Notes under the pieces: generated by a model
Database searches by the model: none
What the model saw: only the letters and a program-made list of their open reading frames with translations
What the model was told of the DNA's origin: nothing
Shown: in pieces, positions 14,726 to 21,140 of the stretch
Position numbering within the stretch: position 1 is the stretch's first letter
How the letters are laid out: each line of letters starts with the position of its first letter
Made by a program: the position numbers and the translations under genes
Assembly (NCBI GenBank): GCA_051532055.1
Contig: JAOPTX010000094.1
Location: forward strand, 1-21,140
Origin: Fibrobacterales bacterium
GTDB taxonomy: Bacteria; Fibrobacterota; Fibrobacteria; Fibrobacterales; JAOPTW01
Length of the DNA: 21,140 nucleotides
Direction: 5' to 3'

Positions 14726-17700
14726 CTATTTTATTCTACCAAATGACGCTCTCAGTGAGGCGAGTGAACTCTGTTCTACTGATTCAGCTTGACCGAACTC
14801 TTCACTAAAGGCGTGAGGTTTTTGAAAAAAGCTATTCAGTGCTTTATTAAGTTCACCATTCAATGAAATCTCTTTAGCCATCAATTGTTCCGGGGAGTTT
14901 CCTCGCTCCTCTAAGCTATGAAGTGCTTTTTTAATATCACTACTGAGTACCACATTCGTAAGACCATAGTCGCTAAAAAGACTATAGATGGCATCTCTTC
15001 TCTTCTTAGCTCCTTCAATGACTCTTTTTTGGTTGTCACGATGTTGTGAAAGGTAAGTGGATAGGTCACTTACTGATGCTATCGGTTGAGGGAGTTTCGA
15101 TACTATGGTATCGAGTCCTACTTTGGTGCTGATTGCTGAAAGTACCGCAAGAGTAGCATGATTTGGTTCACCTAAAGGGAGGGATGGTTTGGACTCTATC
15201 AACGTTGAAAAATCTGAGAAGTCCTTTCCGTTGCACTTATTGGTGATAAAAGAGAAGTATTCGGAAAACTGCTCAGGCTCTAAAGCCAGAGAAATAACGA
15301 GAGTATCAATGATAAGTTGTGCACTGTCTGAATCGATACTACTTGAAGCGCTTTTTAGATTTGACAGAGATTTAAGTTTCTTTTTTGCTCCGACATGTGC
15401 CTTGGGCAGGGGGAGCGTTGCAGCGATGCCCTGAACACATTCTTGAGCGGATACTTTGGCTAGGTTAACTTCTTTAAGGGTGAGCCATACTTGCCAGTCA
15501 ATGAGGCCAGAAATAATGGGGGCTGAGAGATTAAATTGGGATGCAATGGCGTTAATGCGGTCCCCCAATACTTTCCGACACCCTTGGATATGCTCTGACC
15601 CGATCTTAAACTTTTTGTGGTAGAGAAGCTGGAATGTTCCTTCTGTAGTGCATTGACTTAACCACATATCGAGTGACGAGTATGCTAATGAATAGGTGTG
15701 TTCTTTTGATTCAATAGCGTAGGGAAGAATTGTTGTTTGTAATACAGTAATAGGTGGGGGGAGCTGGTTATAGCATTTAAAGGTTCTGAATGCAAAACTT
15801 TTGCCACGATCTTCAAACCAGTGCGTGAGATAGAATGTGTGAAATGCTTTTTCAGCGAGGGTATCAACAGTATCTGAGGGGGAAAGGTCAAGGGGGAGTT
15901 GTTTATTTGACGCTTTTACTCTAAAATGAATGGTTACAAAATTTTCCCATTTAGAGGGGAGAGAGATTGTCTCGTCGAGTGGTCGTCCTTTATTAATTGT
16001 TTTAAAGAGGAGGCTCGCAATACTGTTGTGAGGATCGGCTTCAATAGCTTTGGCCCATTCGTAATAGAGTTCTTCTCTTTTGGGAGATAGTTGATCAGCA
16101 ATCGGTTTTTTGAAAGAGTCAAAAGTGGCGTTAAATATCCATTGACCCCAGCCCGGTATTTTTTTGAACATGAGCCCAGGAGTAATGTGAGAGACTTGAT
16201 TGGGGACTATTCGTACACAAGCGCCATCGAGATCGGTACCAAAGTCAAATTGGTATTTTATACTGCTTTTTTCGTTTCCAAAAGTGATGTCCGATGGATA
16301 GTTTTTATCGAGATTCTTGGCCTGTGATACTGCTACTCGACTTCGTTCAGGGAGTGCTTCAATCTGGTTGTTGAGCCAGGTTTCGGCGTCAAAACAGAAT
16401 GCTTTCTCACCGTGTTCTTGAATGTATTTTTTCAATTTGTGTAGTGAGGTAATATCGGGGAAGTTCTGTATAAACCATGCGATGACCTGTTCTTCGCTGG
16501 GGACAAGCCCAAAGGTTCTGCTCTTTTTTTCGAGCTCTTCGAGCTCTTTGAGTACTCTATTATTGAGTTTCTTAAATCCAAAACTTTGACGAGGATTAAG
16601 GACAACTCCTTCTCGCCAGAATATTTCACAGCACTCTGCAGGATCTATGGACTCGTAGTTTACTTTACGACCAAAGCTGATGCAAAATCCTTTAAACATG
16701 ATTTTTTCACGGGCCTCTACAAAACCTCGTTCTTGATTCCATACAACATTAAAATAAGTATAGCTACAGATATGTTTGGTAAATTCTAGAAGCCATTCAG
16801 GTTCTATTTGTGTGCAGCCGACGAGATAGACGCGGGATGTTTCACGGACTTCAGAAGCAACTATCCATTGGGGCTTCTTGTTAAAAATGCCAGAGCCGGG
16901 AAAAATAAAGGCTTCATTGTGTTTGGCAATTTTGTAGCCATACCCTTCGGGGTGTCGCTCTGCAACATTGTGGAGAAATCCGGAGAGAATACTTTGATGG
17001 AGTGAATCATGATGCACATTGGTTGCAGACTCTTTACCCAGCTCTATTTTTAATTTAAGAATTCGGCTAAACTGTTCAAAGAGGTCGCGCCATTCACGTA
17101 TTCTTAAAAAGTGGAGGTAGTTTTCGCTACAGAGCCTGCGGAGTTTATTAAGTGATTCACCTTTGCCCCAGTTTTGGTTGATAAAATCCCAGAGTTTGAG
17201 GAGTGAAACAAAGTCTGATTTCTTGTCTTTAAATCGGCTGTGAAGACCATCTGCTTTTGAGCGTTCTCTGTCATCACTCGGGCGAAGACGTGGGTCTTGG
17301 ATACTGATGCCTGCAGCTATGGCGAGTACTTCTGTTAAAACATTTTTCTTCTTTGCCGTAATGAGTATTTTCGCAACAGTGACATCAACAGGTATAGTGC
17401 TGAGTTCTTTGCCCACAGGGGTCAATTGACCTTTGTCGGTGATGTCGGTTATAGCGCCTAAATCCCAAAGGAGTTTAAAGCCTGCGGTAACCGTTCGTTG
17501 TGGCGGCTGTGAAAGAAACTGAAATTGATGTGGATTAATGCCAGTATTCATTAATTGGATAAGTACATTAGCAAGGTTACTGCGGAGTATCTCTGGCTCT
17601 GTATATTCAGGGCGACTGAGAAAGTTCTCTTCACTATAGAGGCGAATACAGGTGCCGGGTTTCACTCGTCCTGCGCGTCCTTTTCGTTGATTTGCAGAGG

Positions 17701-18832
17701 CTTGTGATATCTTCTCGATAGGGAGGCCTTGAATGTGCGACTGAGAACAAAATCGAGACACTCGTGCGTAACCCGTATCGATTACATAGGCTATGCCAGG
17801 GATGGTGAGAGACGTTTCGGCAATGTTGGTAGAAAGAACTATTTTGGGTTTATTGCTCGGGGCAAAAATACGTTTTTGCTCTTGTGGGCTGAGCCTGCCA
17901 AAGAGAGGAAGAATCAGAAAATCTTTGCTGATTGAATCAAGCCCTTTTTCTACTTCATGAATGTCTTTTTCGGTGGGTAAAAAACAGAGGAGGTGATCGG
18001 GCCCTTGATTTTGTACATGTTTAATAGCATCAATGGTTGCATCAGTCATTGAGTACGATTCAAGCTCATACTCTTCGGCAATTTCGTCAGTGTCCCAGTA
18101 ATCAACAGTGACCGGGAACATTCTTCCATCCACTTCAAGGATGGGTGCTTTGTCAAAATATTGTGAGAAGTGTTCTGCATCAATGGTAGCTGATGTTATA
18201 ATAAGTTTAAGGTCTCTCCGTTTTTTGAGAAGCGGTTTGAGTATGCCCAGTAGGATATCAATATTGAGAGAGCGTTCATGGGCTTCATCTAAAATAATAC
18301 AGGAGTACTGGTTGAGAAATCGATCGGTCTTAAATTCTTGGAGTAGGATACCATCGGTCATTACCTTCACATGGAGGGAATCAGGGGCTTGCTCGAGGAA
18401 CCTAATCTTATGTCCAATGAGATCATTTTCACCGGTCTCTTCTCGGAGACGATCAGCAATAGAGAGGGCGGCAATTCTTCTCGGCTGGGTACAGCCAATA
18501 ACACCGCGAAATCCAAGGCCCAGCTCCATACACATTTTTGGAATCTGAGTAGTTTTACCTGATCCGGTATCACCTTGAATGATGCAAATCTGATTATCTC
18601 GAATGAGGGCCATTATGTCTTCGCGTTTTTCAGAGACGGGAAGTGGTGGATAGGTTAACTCCAGAGGGCGCTCAGCTTTTTTACTAAGGAGTGTTTGGGC
18701 CTCATTGAGTAGTTTAACAAAGGACTCTATCGCTTTGGAGTCTTTTTTTGCTTTGAGTTGTAGTCCAATGAGCCTTGGGATATATGAACAGGGAACCGTT
18801 TGAGGGTCAAAGGAGAGGTTAGGTGCTTGCAT
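14726..18832 (-). CDS. hrpA: ATP-dependent DEAH-box RNA helicase HrpA
   Basis: GDTGSGKTTQ, TQPRRIAA, DEAHER, SAT, STNIAETSLT, QRKGRAGR; HrpA-type YQFDFGTDLDG segment; start at ATG 18832 (GGAG 8 nt upstream) rather than 18922. Confidence 0.88.
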   Translation of the reverse strand: MQAPNLSFDPQTVPCSYIPRLIGLQLKAKKDSKAIESFVKLLNEAQTLLSKKAERPLELTYPPLPVSEKREDIMALIRDNQICIIQGDTGSGKTTQIPKMCMELGLGFRGVIGCTQPRRIAALSIADRLREETGENDLIGHKIRFLEQAPDSLHVKVMTDGILLQEFKTDRFLNQYSCIILDEAHERSLNIDILLGILKPLLKKRRDLKLIITSATIDAEHFSQYFDKAPILEVDGRMFPVTVDYWDTDEIAEEYELESYSMTDATIDAIKHVQNQGPDHLLCFLPTEKDIHEVEKGLDSISKDFLILPLFGRLSPQEQKRIFAPSNKPKIVLSTNIAETSLTIPGIAYVIDTGYARVSRFCSQSHIQGLPIEKISQASANQRKGRAGRVKPGTCIRLYSEENFLSRPEYTEPEILRSNLANVLIQLMNTGINPHQFQFLSQPPQRTVTAGFKLLWDLGAITDITDKGQLTPVGKELSTIPVDVTVAKILITAKKKNVLTEVLAIAAGISIQDPRLRPSDDRERSKADGLHSRFKDKKSDFVSLLKLWDFINQNWGKGESLNKLRRLCSENYLHFLRIREWRDLFEQFSRILKLKIELGKESATNVHHDSLHQSILSGFLHNVAERHPEGYGYKIAKHNEAFIFPGSGIFNKKPQWIVASEVRETSRVYLVGCTQIEPEWLLEFTKHICSYTYFNVVWNQERGFVEAREKIMFKGFCISFGRKVNYESIDPAECCEIFWREGVVLNPRQSFGFKKLNNRVLKELEELEKKSRTFGLVPSEEQVIAWFIQNFPDITSLHKLKKYIQEHGEKAFCFDAETWLNNQIEALPERSRVAVSQAKNLDKNYPSDITFGNEKSSIKYQFDFGTDLDGACVRIVPNQVSHITPGLMFKKIPGWGQWIFNATFDSFKKPIADQLSPKREELYYEWAKAIEADPHNSIASLLFKTINKGRPLDETISLPSKWENFVTIHFRVKASNKQLPLDLSPSDTVDTLAEKAFHTFYLTHWFEDRGKSFAFRTFKCYNQLPPPITVLQTTILPYAIESKEHTYSLAYSSLDMWLSQCTTEGTFQLLYHKKFKIGSEHIQGCRKVLGDRINAIASQFNLSAPIISGLIDWQVWLTLKEVNLAKVSAQECVQGIAATLPLPKAHVGAKKKLKSLSNLKSASSSIDSDSAQLIIDTLVISLALEPEQFSEYFSFITNKCNGKDFSDFSTLIESKPSLPLGEPNHATLAVLSAISTKVGLDTIVSKLPQPIASVSDLSTYLSQHRDNQKRVIEGAKKRRDAIYSLFSDYGLTNVVLSSDIKKALHSLEERGNSPEQLMAKEISLNGELNKALNSFFQKPHAFSEEFGQAESVEQSSLASLRASFGRIK

Positions 18833-19589
18833 TCTTTTTCTCCAGTGCTGTTCTGAGTTGAAAGGCGCAGATGGCAAAGGCATTCGCGACATTGAGGGAG
18901 GCTTTGCGGCCATACATTGCAATTTGTACTCGGTGGGTTACGCGTGATAATATTTCTTCGGGTATACCGAGCTCTTCATTGCCGACAATGACAACCCCTG
19001 TTTCGGGCCATTCAAAATCTTCGAGTTGTGGTGCGTTGGGGTCGGTTTCAAGGGCGATAATAGGGGTGTCTTCGGGGAGTTGGTCTAAATAGGCAAATGG
19101 AGTAGCCCAGCGTACGGTGTTCATCCACTCTTCTGCCCCCATGGCAGAACCTTTAACTGATTTGTGATCTGAGGGAGCGCTGTAGCCAGAGAAGTGTGCA
19201 GTGTCGAGTCCAAAGCAATCCATAGTACGGAGTATCGAACCAATATTGTGCGCAGACCTTAAGTTGTGAATGAGTACATCCCATTTAATGGGAGTGGCTT
19301 GTGCGCTGTCGTTGTCTTTAAAGGTTAGGGAGGTGTAGAGGTCTTGCTCTACATTGAGCCCAGCAAGGCCGAGCCAATAAGTATAGCGTTCCATGAGTTT
19401 ATGAGAATCAAGTCGTTTACGTGAAAGAATTTGTTTTGTATCACCATACCATTCGCGTAGTTGATTGTAAGTATCAATCTCTTGTTTCCACTCTTCACTG
19501 TGGTAGTGAAAGAGTGATTTTAAAATATCGGCCATTTTCTTGGCTTGTGTTTTAGCGGGCAGGGATTTGAATTTTTTTTCAGTAAACAT
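18819..19589 (-). CDS. TrmH/SpoU-family RNA methyltransferase with N-terminal extension
   Basis: SPOUT motifs HNLRSAHNIGSILRT, VGNEELG, SLNVA; likely start MFTEKKF at 19589 (track TTG start 19670 less likely). Confidence 0.85.
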   Translation of the reverse strand: MFTEKKFKSLPAKTQAKKMADILKSLFHYHSEEWKQEIDTYNQLREWYGDTKQILSRKRLDSHKLMERYTYWLGLAGLNVEQDLYTSLTFKDNDSAQATPIKWDVLIHNLRSAHNIGSILRTMDCFGLDTAHFSGYSAPSDHKSVKGSAMGAEEWMNTVRWATPFAYLDQLPEDTPIIALETDPNAPQLEDFEWPETGVVIVGNEELGIPEEILSRVTHRVQIAMYGRKASLNVANAFAICAFQLRTALEKKNAST

Positions 19590-19718
19590 GATACCATTAG
19601 GGTGTAGAGTGATAAGCGCAGTAGGTAAATAGGGACACTGTCTCAATTGGCTGTGATGGAAAGATAGCAATTTATCTATATTATACAGCGATCGAAACCA
19701 AGTGAGGGGAGTGTTTAA

Positions 19719-20201
19719 GTGATTAAAGTGAATGGTTATTATCTTCTTGTTGGGTTGTTATTGTGGGGATGTGATGTCGCTGGATTGCAGGCTAAGGAAT
19801 CACAGCGTCCTAGTGATGGTGACCCCTATAAAGATGCTCGCCTTCTTTGTGTGCAAAAGATCAATTCCTGGCGTGCGACAGAGGATAAAGATGCTTATGC
19901 GCGTTGGGAAGATGGAGAGGCTTGCGCTGACCGGGCCTCCCAAAAAGAGTTTGTTGAGGGACAATCTCATGTGTCGTTTGGAGATTGTGGAGAATGGGCT
20001 CAAAACCTTTGTCCTGGGTGGGGGACCCTTGATGGTGTGTTAGGAGGGTGTCTGCTGAATATGTGGAATGAAGGACCGGGTGAACCGTTTTCTAAACATG
20101 GTCACTATCTGAACATGTCGAATAGTACGTACACCAAAGTCGCCTGTGGGTTTTACACTGATCCTAATGGAAAGGTGTGGCATGTGCAGAATTTTAAATA
20201 G
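19719..20201 (+). CDS. CAP/SCP-domain lipoprotein
   Basis: signal peptide ending in LLWGC (lipobox-like); CAP motifs INSWRA, QN, MWNEGP, GHYLNM, KVACG; GAGGGGAG RBS before GTG. Confidence 0.78.
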   Translation: MIKVNGYYLLVGLLLWGCDVAGLQAKESQRPSDGDPYKDARLLCVQKINSWRATEDKDAYARWEDGEACADRASQKEFVEGQSHVSFGDCGEWAQNLCPGWGTLDGVLGGCLLNMWNEGPGEPFSKHGHYLNMSNSTYTKVACGFYTDPNGKVWHVQNFK

Positions 20202-20221
20202 CATCAGAGATTAAAATAGAG

Positions 20222-20255
20222 ACCTGATGTGAGGTTTAAGTGCCTCTCATCAGGT
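20222..20255. terminator. stem-loop between convergent CAP gene and metG
   Basis: ACCTGATG-T-GAGG / CCTC-T-CATCAGGT inverted repeat; U-tracts are poor. Confidence 0.55.
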
Positions 20256-20271
20256 GTGAGTATTCTAAATA

Positions 20272-21140
20272 TTATTTGACGATACTTCCATCGGTAGTAT
20301 CGCAGGTTACTGGGGTGCCAGCAATGTTAAGAGTCTCTTCTCCATATACTACCGTTCCATTTTTAACTTCAAGAGTGATTTTCTCAAACTCTTTAATTTT
20401 CATTTTTGATTTTGGTACTACTGGTATTGAGCCAAACTGAACTGATGAGCCAATAGTAGCAGTTCCTGGGTCAACAAGTTCTATTGAATCCGGGCCTTTA
20501 TCACCAGCGAGCATCATTCCTTTACTCTCAATTCCTCGAATTTTTGCAGGTTTAAGATTCGCAAAGAGTACTGCTTTTTTACCGATCAATTCTTCTTTTT
20601 CGTAACGCTTCTTAATGCCGGCACAGACAGTGCGTTCTTCTTCACCAGTATTTACAGTACATACATAGAGTGAATCTGCTTCGGGGTGATCAGTAACGTT
20701 TAAAATTTCTACTACCTTTAAATCAAACTTAGAAAGAGGGTGTACTTCTTCTTTTTTAGGTTGCGGTTTTGGCTTTTCAACTTCGATACGAGGGAAGAGT
20801 GCGTCTTTAAGGGCAATAGCTTCCCCACCTTCAATAAGGCCCCATTTAAGTGACTCTTGACCATTAAACGAGGTGCCGAGCATTGCAAGACCATCATCTG
20901 CTTTACGAGATATTACAGGGTGTAAGAGCGTCAGGGCAATACGTATCGCTTCACCTGCGGTATTTAAAACGGTACTGAGTGTTGCTTTAGTCTCTACGTT
21001 CTCAATGTCTTTCGCGAGCTTCCAAGGAGCGGTTACTTCAAGATATTTGTTTACTGATCTGACTAAAATCATAATCTCTTCAATAGCTTGAGAGAGTTTC
21101 ATTTCGGGAATCATAGAGACTGCAGATGAAATCGTTGCTT
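20272..21140 (-). CDS. metG: methionyl-tRNA synthetase, 3' part (anticodon-binding helical domain plus tRNA-binding OB domain); 5' end outside the window
   Basis: NKYLEVTAPWKLAK, LLHPVI, LFPRIE; HPEADSLYV and NLKPAKIRGIESKGMMLA; frame stays open to the window edge upstream of 21114. Confidence 0.88.
   Translation of the reverse strand, partial: ATISSAVSMIPEMKLSQAIEEIMILVRSVNKYLEVTAPWKLAKDIENVETKATLSTVLNTAGEAIRIALTLLHPVISRKADDGLAMLGTSFNGQESLKWGLIEGGEAIALKDALFPRIEVEKPKPQPKKEEVHPLSKFDLKVVEILNVTDHPEADSLYVCTVNTGEEERTVCAGIKKRYEKEELIGKKAVLFANLKPAKIRGIESKGMMLAGDKGPDSIELVDPGTATIGSSVQFGSIPVVPKSKMKIKEFEKITLEVKNGTVVYGEETLNIAGTPVTCDTTDGSIVK

Noticed and set aside
18833..18922. 104-nt overlap of hrpA with the TrmH-family gene
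   Set aside because: ATG 18832 with GGAG gives an ordinary 14-nt overlap
20222..20255. Possible hammerhead ribozyme (minus strand CTGATGA followed by a GAGG/CCTC stem)
   Set aside because: The required GAAA after stem II is missing (ACAT), and the segment folds as one simple hairpin between convergent genes
2089..21091. Many short antisense or alternate-frame ORFs in the track (for example 2375..2716, 5011..5571, 7587..8018, 18108..18548)
   Set aside because: They lie within well-supported genes and show no motifs; treated as shadow ORFs
1..21140. CRISPR arrays, tRNA/rRNA genes, IS elements, prophage or defence genes
   Set aside because: No periodic repeats, cloverleaf or rRNA signatures, or transposase/integrase motifs seen by eye; intergenic gaps are short

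Overview
Bacterial chromosomal window (about 40% GC by eye; phylum not determinable with confidence, the gene styles are compatible with Fibrobacterota or spirochaete-like bacteria, which is only an impression). It holds housekeeping and nitrogen-signalling genes; I saw no mobile element, RNA gene or CRISPR array. In order: a hypothetical protein, a thioesterase, an SRPBCC protein, a first amtB-glnK operon (minus strand, near-consensus sigma-54 promoter), a divergent XRE-cupin regulator followed by leuC-leuD, and a zinc-ribbon membrane protein. Next is a 59-aa ORF missed by the ORF track (6445..6624) that is a free-standing NrdD-type glycyl-radical peptide (RVMGYHRP), preceded by two candidate NrdR boxes and with no nrdD or nrdG in the window. 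Three paralogous atypical-receiver/HDOD proteins follow, with a second, different amt-glnK operon (also sigma-54) lying between the first and the other two. The window ends with an ankyrin protein, trmH-family and hrpA genes, a CAP-domain lipoprotein and the 3' part of metG. The most notable items are the orphan glycyl-radical microprotein, the HDOD triplet (HD changed to HE) and the two Amt/PII modules whose PII proteins both lack Tyr51 and whose promoters share an ACA-N4-TGT motif.
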